From Diplonema japonicum (lineage: Eukaryota; Protista; Euglenozoa: Diplonemea), in contig OZ025743.1 in assembly GCA_964019335.1 (NCBI GenBank), positions 124,001-188,000 on the forward strand: a stretch of DNA of 64,000 nt, given 5' to 3'. This document shows positions 10,136 to 21,404 of the stretch, piece by piece. Position 1 is the stretch's first letter. Every line of letters begins with the position of its first letter. The notes under the pieces are model-generated. The model saw only the letters and a program-made list of their open reading frames with translations. It made no database searches and was not told where the DNA came from. The position numbers and the translations under genes are program-made.

Positions 10136-12619
10136 GAGCAGCTGTTCGGCTGTGCTTCGCAGGAGTTGCCTCTCCGTTCCCTCTGTCCTCCCGCCGCCCC
10201 TCCATGCTCCTGCGTTTCATCGCCTCACGCACGCGCGGCATACCTTGCGGCTGCATCCGTCAACCTGGCACCTAAGCTGGTACCGCTTCTTCGGCTGCTG
10301 CTTCTCGCAGCCGTCGCACCACCACCTCCCCTGCTTCTTCTCGCCCTCGTCGCGGTCTGGGTAGATGTGGGCGTGCCTGTCCGTGTCCCTCTCCCTCCGC
10401 CTTCGCTCGGTGTCCCTCGCTAGGCTCCGGCTCTTCGACTTCGACGACGCGCTCGACTTCGTCTTGGCCCTCGAGGTCGTCGTCTCCGCCGCGTATCCTG
10501 CCGTGGCCTGTTCCTCGGGCTCCACCGACATCCTCACCCCAGACGGGGATCTCATCCTCGGCTTCGGTGATGGTGATCGTGATGCCGATTGTGTGGGGGG
10601 TGTCGTCTCCCTTGTTGACTTCCCTCCAACCTTCCGTTTCTTCTCTGTTGGCTTCCCAGAGAGCTTCTCCAGCATTGCCTTCAGTTCTTGCACTTCCTTT
10701 CTGAGAGCTACCACCTCCTGTTCGAGCATCTCTTCTTTTTTCGTAGGGCCTTGCAGTTGCTGCTGCTCCTTCTGTTGTTGTTCCCGCGTGTGCTGCTTTC
10801 CTTGTTGCTGTTGTTTTTCTTGCTGCGGGTGCTGTTGCTCAGGTGCTACCTTCCCAGCTTCGACCCACGCCTTCTGCCCGTGTGTCTTCCCGTATAGCGC
10901 CAGGAACTGGCGCTTCGTGTACGTGCGCCCCGCGTACTCTTCCGGGTCTGCGGGGTCCGTCCTCTTCTCCTCCTCCTGCTTTCGCACTGCCTTCGGCGGC
11001 GGCTTCCCTGCCTCCCACACCTCCGCCGTTCCTCCCTGCCATTTTATCTCCCCGAAACTTGGGGGTGCCTCCGCCTGCAACACAGCCACTGTGCCCCCCT
11101 GCTTCGGGATGGTGCGGATGACCACCGCTTTCCACCCTGCTTCTTTGACAACCTCCTCGATGGTGGTTGTGTCCGCGCCCTTCGGGAGACCTCGGATGTC
11201 GTAGGTGGTCTTTCTGACAACCCCGAGGCCTTCCTTCAGGAGGTACTCCTGCACTTCCTCCCTTCTCTCGCTGACCTGCAGGCCCTATCCCTTGCCGTTC
11301 AGCGTCAGTGTCGCCGAGGGGGTGATCCGTGTCATCACTGCCCCAAGTACGTTTTGTGCCAGCCAGTGCTGCCTTGTGGACATCCACAAGGCCCCCCTTT
11401 CCCTCCTCTCGATCTTCCAGGGACCGTCCTCGTTCCCTAGCGCGGTCCCCTCCTGTTCCGGTGCCATCCAGATTAGGAAATCCATGACAGATTCCCCCTT
11501 CTTGCCTTCCCTCTCCATGTGTGGCCCTACGTGCACTCCCGTCAGGCCCGCCTTGCCGAGAAAAGCCATCACACTCTTTCTCGGGTCTTCCTTCGCCGCT
11601 TTCCATGCCTCGTCTCCTGCCGCCCACTCAGCCATGATGGCCCTGCAGGCGACCTCCTCCTTTGCGCCCTTCACCGGCGCCTTCTTCCTTTCCCCTCCTT
11701 TCCCGCTGGCCGCCTCCCTTGGCGCCACCAGCCGCTGCACCGTCACCGTCCCGCCACTCACCTTCTTCCCCACCCTCTCCGCCCAGTTTGGGCCCTGCCC
11801 GTCCCGGCGCGTCTGCACCGAGCTTTGCTCGGTCCCAGGGGCACCGCTTGGAGGTGCGCCGGGTTTGCTTGCTGATTGCTCTGATTGATGTTCGCTCATG
11901 TTAGTTCCGCCCCCTGAAAAAAAAAAAAAAAAAAAAAAGAGGGAGAACGTTAGCAAGGGAAGGAGGATAGTATATATTTCTTTTGAAGGCCATCCTCTTC
12001 CGCTCATTCATGCGATCTTTTTTTTCTTTGGGGAGAAAAAAAGAAAATGAAGAGAGGGGAGAGAGAGAGAACCGTTATCGATACGACAGTGTGCGGGGGT
12101 GTTCACTGTTCATGAAGAAGTCCACGCTGCGGGGGCTGTTTGTTGCAAGGAAATGACATGGCATAAGAGACGTACTAGGGTAGAAAAAGAAAATTATTTT
12201 TTGTGCAATACCTTCCCCTTCAAGAAAACAAAAGAGAGCGGGGTGGGGGCTGGCATATTCTCGCAAAATCAGCGCCATAGTCGCCTTCCCGCTCCTCACC
12301 CCGTCTTTCTAAAAAGATGGGGAGAAGCAGAAGGGGGAGCGAAGAAATTGAAGGGAAAAATAAAAGTTCATGCTATTCCTTTTTTTTTTCCTTCTCTTTT
12401 TTCCTGTTCTTTGAAACTTGAACGCAGATTGTAGTTGAAAGGAAGGGAGGGAAGGGTGTAAGATGAATTTCTTTGTTTTCCGGTCAGCACCTTGTAAGTA
12501 AGAGCATGAAGGGGTTACTGAGCGGGGGGGGGAAGAAGAAGAAGAAAAAGAAAACAAAGTAGTTTTTCTCTCACCATAAGGTCGTCGGTGGTGACCCCCT
12601 GTTTTGAAAGGTCTAACTG

Positions 12620-13814
12620 TGCCATGCTTCACGTTCCCCAGGAAGTTAATAGGTGGACACAGCTCCTGACGATGGTCTCGTCTGCAAGCACACGCTGCAC
12701 ACCGGCGCATTCGCCATTGCTGACCTTCACAGTAACCTTGCGGGGTGCCGTCCCAAAGTCGTGCTCAGCACAAGCTAAGCCCCCTGTAGGTTTCCTTACA
12801 ATAGTGTCCGGACCCCACACACATGAAGGTGTAAATGAGCTCCTCGGTAACCTCAGAAGCGGCCATGGTGCAGAAAGTCTCAGTGTACTAGGGTACGGCA
12901 ACAGAGACTCTGGGAGTAGCTATATTAATTGTTCAATCTCGTGCCTCTGGGAGACCCCACGCCCATTGGCTATCATTAGAGCACACGTGGGGGACTATGA
13001 GAGACTCTGGGAAGATCGCTCTGGCGTGAAATGGGGACTGAAGCAAAGCGGGGTATAAAAGAGAAACGAAAAAAAGGGGGAATAAAAGTAGCAAGTAAAA
13101 ACGAGTTAACCCCCGTTCACAACTGTGTGGCGGATGCCGCCCAGCCGGACTGCGCTGTGATCACTGTTTCCAGCAGCAGAAAATCAGCTGCATAGAGAAG
13201 TTGCGCCACCTTCCCCGCAGAGTGATGGTGTGAAGACGGTTATGGAGCTGCTAGAACAAAAAAGAATATATGAGTTAAAGGAGGCCGGTGTTGGCGGCGC
13301 CCTGCACAAGAACTGTCTACTTGATTACAGGGGGCGCGCCGCGGCCGAGTTGTAGCTTCTTCTGCGTTCCGCGTCGTGTCCTTAATGCGTGCGGTGTACA
13401 GCTCAACCCCAGCCGGTACGTCCCGGGTAACCAAGATTCTGCGCTCGTGCAGTTTGCATGATGATGTTCATGCCGGTTTAAGTAAGAAAGGTACAGGTTG
13501 ACCTCGTCACCCTGAATCCTTCGGAGCCATGGGCGCTTAGTCTGAACATGGTTTTCATGACGGTGCTGCGTTCGCCATCGCCGCATCCGAAGTTGAAAAA
13601 AGTTGGCGGTTCGTCGGGTCTGAGGGGTCTGAACACCTTCCAGAGAAGGATGGAACCAAGCTTGTTTTTGTTTTGGAGAAAATACGATAGAATGAGCAGG
13701 ATCGGTGCAAGCATGGCGTTCAGGATGAAACCTGCCAGCAAACCTTCGGATTTGAAACCCATTTTCTTTTTTTTTTTTTTTTTGCTGTTAATGAGGGTCG
13801 GAAGGTTGTTTTTT

Positions 13815-13850
<36 letters not shown>

Positions 13851-14880
13851 TCTGAACATGTTTTTCGGAATGGAACGCTTTCTTGATGGATGCTACCAGG
13901 TCCAGGGCTGTCTGTGCCATGTCGTCAGCGGCTGCTTTTGTCGCGTGTTGTTTCTTCTTGAAGCGTTTGTCGATTTTGGCGGCTTCTTCTTCGGCGAGTT
14001 TTTTCTCCTCTTTTTCTTTTTTTTTTTTCGTTTCTTTAAAGCGGGCGACGCTGAACTGTTCCAGCAGCAACGTCCACCCAACAGCCTCTTCGTCCACAAC
14101 ACGAAGGCGGGAGACCCTTTCGGTTTCAAGGAACTCTTTTGTGGTTTCACCCAGATAGCCGCCTAGGTACAGGTGGCGAAGCAGCATTTTCGAATGAAAT
14201 TTTTTAATGAGGGTACGGTGCTCCATAGTGAATGAACCTGACGGCTTGACCCGTTTCCGTTTCGCTTGTTCTTCATGGCAAATCTTGGTACACGGGGGGA
14301 AGCAACAACTTGCTGCTCTGCCGCAACAGTGCTGTCCAGTTCAGTCACCACAGGGCGAAGGTACACAGGCTCGGAGGGGTCCATTGCCTGAGGGGAAGAC
14401 CCATCACCGAAGTAGAAGTACCACTTGTCCACACCTTTGACGAATTCTGTGTCAATTTTCATCTTCCAGTTGTCATTTGTGGGCAGCCCGTCGATGGCAC
14501 CGCTGTCGGTGTTTTTGGCGAAGTTCCAGTTCCCACCGAGGTAGGGACCGGTGCCGGTGAGCTTGCCGAGGGTCGTGCTGCTGGTCCACTCCCACTCGCC
14601 AGCCGGGTGGTCGTCCCTCTGCACGATGGTGACACCGCTTGGAACACCTGTCACGAGGCCATCCTTGACCGTTGCAGCCCTGTGCTCTTGACTCGACACC
14701 TGTCACGAGTGCGAGACAGGTGTGTGGCCGTCGTCTACTTATCTGCAGGTTGCGTCCCCTCCACAGCAGGGACAGTCCGGTGTACCTTGCGGCGGTTCTT
14801 CCCGTTCTCCTACTCCACCACGAACTGCTTCACGTCCCCCACGAAGCTCAAGGGACAAACCCCTGCACCCACCGTTCCAG
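12620..14880 (-). pseudogene. Decayed paralog of the secreted NTDGG/PKD-like module family, split by an insertion
   Basis: Fragments CPLSFVGDVKQFVV, WNFAKNTDSGAIDGLPT...FGDGSSPQAMDPSEPVYLRPVVT (14323-14870) and ETFCT...PDTIV...LACAEHDF...LADE (12620-12904), with frameshifts. Confidence 0.8.
12905..14322 (-). mobile_element. ~1.4-kb insertion, probably the 5'-truncated end of an unidentified retroelement
   Basis: gcaacag is repeated at 12898-12904 and 14323-14329, exactly where homology to the module gene breaks and resumes. The insert contains broken ORFs and a stem-rich tail. Confidence 0.55.
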
Positions 14881-16193
14881 CAATCGCACATAAAATAAAA
14901 ATGTGGTTTTTCATTTTTTTTTTTTTTTTATATAAAACATAGTGTGAGGCGGACGCGACGCATCTCTCCGAACTTGGCGTCGATCGAGGAGAACACCGCG
15001 TCCACGGCTGTTACCAGGCTGCGTGTACAGCAGCGACAAGGCCCTGTCATGCAAAACAGGGAGAGCAGCTTTCTGAGCCAGCCACCACGCTTCGATATCG
15101 AATGAGGTCGTCTCAAGGCTGTATTTGGGCTATGGCCGAGTAGGACAGCCATCCCCCCTCAGACACGTCTGCAGAGGTAGGCTGTCGCGTACCGTTGCGA
15201 AGCCGCGCTAGAAAAACTAGTTGATGGCAGCGTCATGAGCTATTTTTATTAGGTAAAATTCCGCTCGTGCATAAACAGACCCTGACCCGGTATATAATAA
15301 CAAGTCTGAAAAACCAGTTTTTTTCAAAACTGCATTTAAAGCCTTAAATAAGGCTCTATTTTGGGTTTTAATGGTTGGAATGGGCTCAGATCGTCAAAAT
15401 AGGGTTTTTGAAGTGTCAGTCTTGGCATTTTTTGCCAGAAATATGGGTTTTGGACCGATCAAACCGATCCAAAATTTAAAAAAAACCGATCCGAAATTAC
15501 AAAAAAACCCATCGTTAACCCGACTATGATCGAAAATCCAAAATTGCTCGGGTCGGGTTTCAAAACCCGAAGGTGATCGGTTAACCCTGGATACTATGAT
15601 AAAAACCAGGAAATGAAACGGAGGAAAAAAAAAAAAAAAAAAAGAGAGGAAAGAAAAAGGAAAAAGAAAAAAAAAAGAAAATGGGGAATTAAGTCCCCCA
15701 TCACGAAGTGACAAGAAAAAAAAAAAAAAAAAAGTGGGGTAAAAGGTAAAGTGAGAGGACCAGAAGAGAGGTAGGAATAAAGAGGGGGTCAAAAGAAAGA
15801 AGCACCAAGTCCTTTGCAGAAGAGAATAAAGACTTTTTTTGGTTGTTGCTATTTTCTTTGGGACGTATCGAGGGGAGTGGGGAAATTCTGTAGAGTGCCC
15901 ACGAGCATCAGAGGACCTAAGAGCAAAGGAAGAAAAAAGAAAGGAGAATAGGGACAGGGAGGTAGGGAAAAAAAAGGAGATTAAAACACCCGGATAAGGG
16001 CCAAGGGTGGCCTTTCCTTTGGGTGATGTGCTCCTTTTGATGCTTTTATTCTCCCTCCCTTCCCCCATTCTCGTTCTCTCTCTTTCTCGTCTTCATTTCT
16101 CTTTTTAACCTCACTTTCATTATGTATATATATTTACGTCTGTTGATATTTCTTTTAAAAAAAAGAAGAAAAAAAATAGAGAATAACAGCGTA

Positions 16194-16369
16194 CATGGTA
16201 ACCAAATAACTTTTTTCCACTCAAGTCTGTAAGCAGAATTTCCACCACTGTTTACGGTAACCCACAACTTTTTTTCCAAAGGGTGAAAAAAAGGTGTGGT
16301 TACCGTGGACGGTGGAAAAAAAGTTGGAGGTTTAAGGCGACGGTGGAAAAAAGTTATTTGGTTACCGTG
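16194..16369. mobile_element. TA-flanked MITE (Tc1/mariner-like)
   Basis: ~27-bp terminal inverted repeats catggtaaccaaataacttttttccac / gtggaaaaaagttatttggttaccgtg, TA on both sides, and an internal second inverted pair. Confidence 0.75.
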
Positions 16370-16452
16370 TACGATGTTTTTCCCAAAAAAAAATATTAAA
16401 AAAAAAAAAAAAAAAAGAGAACATAATTTTATTTTTTCTTCAGTATTTTTTT

Positions 16453-17010
16453 TTTTATTTCACTCTTCGTCATTTTCTTCACTCACTAGGGGCCTCATTA
16501 TTTAACGCGAAATGGCCATTATTTAACGCGAAATCGCCATTATTTAACTAGTTAAATAATGAGATTTTGCAGTTAAATAATGGCCCTTTAGAGTGGAAAA
16601 ATGAGTCTCGCCGTGGAAAAAAATGCACCCAACAACCCCTTGAAAAATCTTTTTGGGGTGGGCGTATTTTGACTATTTTTGGCCATCTGAGGCCATTCCA
16701 GCCCTTAAAAGTGGGAATAAGTGCCTTACTTCCCCTTTAAATGCCATGGCGAAATAGCAACCCCATATTACCTTAGGAAACTCCCCAAAAAGGCTGACCT
16801 GCGTGAAAAAAAACAGCAGTGAAAGCAGTGAAGAGTGAGTGACTCAAATGACGAAGAGTGAAATAAAACGACTTACTTGCCGCCAAATGAGCCATTATTT
16901 AACTCTCGTTACCCGTTTTTTTGCACTCGGGCCCTGCGGGCCCTCGTGCAAAAAATTCGGGAACTCGAGTTAAATAATGACTCATAATTTGTTGGCAATA
17001 AATAGTTATT
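16453..17010. repeat. Dispersed ~560-bp non-coding repeat with 21-bp tandem units and a strong subterminal hairpin
   Basis: Inverted copies lie at 37998-38572 and 47468-48042. Units read attatttaacgcgaaatggcc and the hairpin is ttgcactcgggccctgcgggccctcgtgcaa. Confidence 0.85.
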
Positions 17011-17079
17011 TTTTTCCCGTCCCCTTCCCATCATATTGCTAACAAGTAAAATAAAAAAAAAAAAGAAAAAAAAAATTAA

Positions 17080-17556
17080 CCACTAAAGGACCGGGGGTTT
17101 TGGCGAAAAAAAGTGCCACCGAATGTGATGTGGCATACACCTTCGAACAGCTGCTCAGCAAGCTGTTTGTGATAAACAAACAGAAAAGTTGTAGCCTATC
17201 CATGTTGCTGTTCGATGTTGCTGGACCCCTGTACCCATGTCACTTCCTGGCCGGTATACGGTTTATATTTGTCCCCCAGCGCACACCACCCTCATCTGAG
17301 GTGGTGCTGGGGTTGGAAGAAGCACTTCAGAAGGTCCTGAGGAGCTGCTCTCAAATAATAAGTACAAAAGGACATCAAGCAACCCCCTTGGGGACGGGTT
17401 TTTGTGTTTATTCTTCGCGCAAAAGGGTATTTCAAATAAAAAAAATCGAGGAACAATGGGTCTTAGTAAAGTCCAGGGGCTGTGGGGCACAAAAAGTGTC
17501 ACATTGAAAAGATAATTTTTCTTAAGGACACATATGTCCTCATGGTCCTTTAGTGG
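17080..17556. mobile_element. piggyBac-type MITE
   Basis: TTAA at 17076-17079 and 17557-17560, with perfect 13-bp TIRs ccactaaaggacc / ggtcctttagtgg. Confidence 0.85.
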
Positions 17557-18435
17557 TTAAGCATATCCAAAAGAGAATATTTTCAGCTTCAGTGCTTATT
17601 TCGTCTTCGCTTGTACAATGGGGAGGGGGAAAAGAATAGAAAGAAATAAAAAATTGGTTCTCTTTTTTCTTTTTTTTTTTTTTCAATTTTTTTTTTATTT
17701 TTTTTTTTTTTTCCCATTATCCTATTTTTCTTACAATAAAAGAAAAAAAAAGCACCCCTTTTGTTCCCTTTTTTTATTTCCCCGCTTACTTTGTTTCGCC
17801 CCGAGAGGGGAAAAAAGAAAACAGTACGGGGGAGGAAAAAGAAAGGAAAGCAAAGAAGGACTCTGGATGGAAAGTAAAATAGAATCAGAAAGATATTTAG
17901 AAGAAAAAAAAAAAGCACACATAGACTGAATCGGTTCGAGTGGGAATCTTCATTTCTTGTCTTTTATTTTCTTTATTGTATTTCTGCTTCACAAAAAAAA
18001 AATAAGATTTTCTTTTTTTTTTTTGTGAAACAAAAAAGATTTTTTTTTGTTCTTCGTTCTCCAGATTTGAAACAAATCCCATTTCAAAAGAGAAAAAAGA
18101 GGGGGGGGGGGGAATTCACTATGATAGGAGATTAGTGGTTAGCAACGGCCCACCGCGGTGGCGTCCCTACCAAAAAAATGCAACAGGAGAGAGCGCATGT
18201 GGGAAAGAACAATAATTCAAAATAAAACATAAAATAGATGAGTTAAAAAAAAGGTTGAAAGGATATCTTTGTGCGCGACCCTCTCTTGTTCTCATCCACC
18301 AAAAAAAAAAAAAAAAAAGGATCTTTTGCTTTGATAAGAAACAATCACTGCTATAGAATTCAAAGGTTCAATTTACATTATCATATTGCTGTCACACTCT
18401 TTTTTTTTGTTTTGTATCTTTTCTTTTTGTAGCCC

Positions 18436-20793
18436 CTAACAAGTGCACTTAGAAGGAGGACAGGGACCGCCACACCCAAACTTCTTAGCTTTCTGGCACC
18501 ACGGGTCCGCCAGCTCACCAATCTTGCTGAAGATGACGAAGGATGTGGCCTCCTCGGTGGTCTCGGGAAGGACCAGAGAGGCCCCCGCATCCACCTGAAC
18601 CCTGTACGACACCATCTTCTGCTCTGCCAACCCCCACTTGGGAGCGCAGGAGGCCGACTCGAACCCAGCCAGAGGGAGCAGGGCGGGGAAGCCACCGTTC
18701 ACCTTCCCCGAGCACGGAGGGCAGTGGTAGTGCGACACGATGAACTCGCAGACCTCAGTCCCGCAGCATGTGAGGGTGATGGCGGTGTCCTTGGGAATGG
18801 CAGCAGGGGTGTGCACCTGCATCTCCCTCATGTTCTCGGGGATCATCGTCAGCACCGCCTCGCTGTTGCTGAACTCCATCTCCCCGTTCACATCGTTCCC
18901 CGGAACGGTGGCCCCCTCGATGCTCACCTTCACGCCCTCGTGGTTCCCGCAGGTCACATCGTCCACCTTCTCGTCCGCAAGGATCCTGTCCATCTCCACG
19001 CAGCCCGTCTTCTTCACGAACACACGCACCTTGCGGGGGGCCGTCCCACCACAGGTCTGCGAGATGGCTCCGCAGAAGTTGTGCGTCGCACAGGCAAGGC
19101 TCCCAGCAGGTCCAGTCACAACGGTGTCGGGGGTGTTGTCGCCCCACTTGAAGGTGTAGGTCAGCTGCTCCTGTGTCGTGGACTCCACGAGGGTGCAGAA
19201 GGTCTCAGGACCGGCCACAGTCGGGTAGGGGGCCACCCCAAGATCCACAGAGGTCACCACAGGGCGAAGGTACACAGGCTCGCTCATGTCCATGTCCTGC
19301 TGCAGGGACCCGTCGCCGAAGTGGAAGGACCAGGTGTCGATCCCCCTGATGAAGTTCGCTTGGATCTTGATCTCCCAGTTCAGGTTCGTGGGGAAGCCGT
19401 CAAGAGCACCACCGTCGGTGTTCTGGTGGAACCACCAATGCCCGCCGATGTTCCCGCCGTTGTGGGTGATGTCCCCGAGCTTGTTGCTGCTGGTCCAGTC
19501 CCACTCGGCCGTCCTGTCGTCGCTCTGCGCAATGGAGACACCTCCCGGGATCCCAGTGATGAGGGCGTCGACGTCGGACTCAGGCTGGTTCCCCTGGGGG
19601 CTGTCGATACCGTGGATCCAGAAGAAGGACAGGTGGTGGGGGTTCGTGAGGTCCCTGTACAGGAACATGTTCGAGGTCCCAGCCTTCTCAAACCCGGTGT
19701 GCGCGCTCCAAGAGTCGAAGTCGTAGAACTGCTTCGCTGTCATCGCCCTCTCCACAGCAGGGACAGTCCGGCGGTTCTTCCCGTTCTCCTGCTCCACCAC
19801 GAACTGCTTCACGTCCCCCACGAAGTTCAGCGGCGGGCAGGTGTCGATCTCCTCATCTGCAAGGATCTTGTGAACTGGGGTGCAACCGGACCCCTTCGCA
19901 AACACACGCACCTTGCGGGGGGCCGTCCCACCACAGGTAGCCGACACAGGACCGCAGAAGTCGTGCTCGGCACAGGCAAGGTTTCCTTCCGTCTTCGTCA
20001 CAACAGTGTCGGGGGTCTCGTCGCCCCAGCTGAAGGTGTAGGTCAGCTGCTCCCCATCGTTGTCCGACTTCACAAGGGTGCAGAAGGTCTCCTTCCCTGC
20101 CGTCTTGGGGTAGGGGGCAACACCAGTGTCCACAGTCGTCACCACAGGGCGAAGGTACACAGGCTCGGAGGGGTCCATTTCTTGTTCCGTGGACCCGTCG
20201 CCGAAGTGGAACTGCCAGCTGTTGATCCCGAAGCGGAACTTGGTCTCCACCTTCAGCTCCCAGTTCAGGTTCGTGGGAAGCCCTTCGATGGCACCACCGT
20301 CGGTGTTCTCCTTGAACCACCAGTCCCCACCAATGCTCCTGGTCCCAGAGGTGTGCTGCTGGTGGTTGATGTTGCCAAGCTTACCGGTGGTGGTCCAGTC
20401 AAACTCAGAAGACCTGTCGTCCATTTCAGCAATGGTGACCCCATCGGGGATGCCGCTGATGAGACCGTCGACTTCTGCTTCGGGCTGGTTGCCGTGGGGG
20501 TGGTCGATACCGTGGGTCCAGAAGAAGGACAGGTGGTCGGGGTGGTTCAGGTCCCTGTACAGGAACATGTTCGAGACCCCAGCCTTCTCAAACCCGGTGT
20601 GGCTGCTGTATGAGTTGAAGTCGTAGAACTCCTTCGCTGTCATCGCCCTCTCCACAGCAGGGACAGTCCGGCGGTTCTTCCCGTTCTCCTGCTCCACCAC
20701 GAACTGCTTCACGTTCCCCACGAAGTTGAGGGGGCATGTTTGAAGAGCAGTTGCCGTCCCGAGGGACAGCACGCACAAGAGCGCACCCGACAT
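18436..20793 (-). CDS. Secreted modular protein: signal peptide, two ~297-aa modules (NTDGG domain plus PKD-like WGD domain) and a Cys-rich C-terminal domain
   Basis: Start MSGALLCVLSLGTATA at 20793, a repeated module QFVVEQENG...NTDGG...YTFSWGDETPD, and C-terminal CPPCSGKVNGGFP...SCAPKW. Confidence 0.88.
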   Translation of the reverse strand: MSGALLCVLSLGTATALQTCPLNFVGNVKQFVVEQENGKNRRTVPAVERAMTAKEFYDFNSYSSHTGFEKAGVSNMFLYRDLNHPDHLSFFWTHGIDHPHGNQPEAEVDGLISGIPDGVTIAEMDDRSSEFDWTTTGKLGNINHQQHTSGTRSIGGDWWFKENTDGGAIEGLPTNLNWELKVETKFRFGINSWQFHFGDGSTEQEMDPSEPVYLRPVVTTVDTGVAPYPKTAGKETFCTLVKSDNDGEQLTYTFSWGDETPDTVVTKTEGNLACAEHDFCGPVSATCGGTAPRKVRVFAKGSGCTPVHKILADEEIDTCPPLNFVGDVKQFVVEQENGKNRRTVPAVERAMTAKQFYDFDSWSAHTGFEKAGTSNMFLYRDLTNPHHLSFFWIHGIDSPQGNQPESDVDALITGIPGGVSIAQSDDRTAEWDWTSSNKLGDITHNGGNIGGHWWFHQNTDGGALDGFPTNLNWEIKIQANFIRGIDTWSFHFGDGSLQQDMDMSEPVYLRPVVTSVDLGVAPYPTVAGPETFCTLVESTTQEQLTYTFKWGDNTPDTVVTGPAGSLACATHNFCGAISQTCGGTAPRKVRVFVKKTGCVEMDRILADEKVDDVTCGNHEGVKVSIEGATVPGNDVNGEMEFSNSEAVLTMIPENMREMQVHTPAAIPKDTAITLTCCGTEVCEFIVSHYHCPPCSGKVNGGFPALLPLAGFESASCAPKWGLAEQKMVSYRVQVDAGASLVLPETTEEATSFVIFSKIGELADPWCQKAKKFGCGGPCPPSKCTC

Positions 20794-20916
20794 TATATTT
20801 ATGTTTTTTTTTCTCTTTCTTTTTGTAAAAATACTAGAATCTGTGTTTTTTCCCCCCATTTTTTTTTTTTTTTGTGGCGAAGCGAGAATAAAAAAAAATA
20901 AAAAGGTCATCGGAGG

Positions 20917-21093
20917 AAACTGAAATGATATTGCAAGTGGGAATAAAATGTGAAAAAGTAAAAAAACAGGTGAAGAAGGAATAATACTGCATACGAAACA
21001 GAGACTTGAATTATAAAGTGATTGACATCCTCAAGAGGAGCCTCCCACGTACCAGGAATTAATCAGAGGTTGCTTCCATGGCCCGTATCAGTC
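20917..21093 (-). mobile_element. Short solo PLE-terminus insertion consisting of RNA motif B plus the 3' tail
   Basis: Similar to the pLTR 3' end (tgaaatg..., atactgcatacgaaa, motif B at 21020-21093). gtcatcggagg is repeated at 20906-20916 and 21091-21101. Confidence 0.65.
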
Positions 21094-21404
21094 ATCGGAG
21101 GTAAATTTCTCCAAATGTGTATAACTTACACAAGCTGGTGAAAGGGACATGCAAGAGACAACATGTGGGTTATCATCTTCGTTGTGTCCTTCCAACACAG
21201 GGCAGGGTCGCCGCCTAAGAGGAAAGGGGGTCTTGTGAGGAATCCTCGACCACAGACGAGAGGGCACCGTTGGAGGATCGCGAAAGGGAGCTGCAGAGCT
21301 CTGTAACGCCGAGGCTAGAACAAAATGGCGGCCCGTCTGCAGAAACAAGAGGAGATGGGAGAACAAACAGATGTGACAAAACCACACTAGCTCTTCACTG
21401 CCTT

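Larger units (their letters stand above)
4689..11899 (-). mobile_element. Decayed non-LTR retrotransposon (APE-RT LINE) with an apparently single polyprotein: gag-like, Cys-rich, OTU, APE, RT, CCHC
   Basis: ORFs ending at 11285, 10217, 9632 and 9152 are all in the same frame and separated only by single stops. APE motifs ANVASL, ICLQET, AGDLN, SRIDYIL and ADH; RT motifs HRPITV, QHGFR, LDFAKCFD, GILQGCPIS and YADD; C-terminal CDAC...HALWEC. Frameshifts occur near 9310, 8360 and 6100. Confidence 0.9.

Noticed and set aside
4640-11940. Target-site duplication for the LINE
   Set aside because: Only a weak aggggg similarity at the two ends, which is not supportable.
16490-16590. CRISPR-like array
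   Set aside because: Contiguous 21-bp tandem units with no unique spacers, in a eukaryotic context.
15394-18082. F/K-rich short ORFs in intergenic regions (also 37486-39117 and 55931-56735)
   Set aside because: Translations of poly(A)/poly(T) tracts and repeats.
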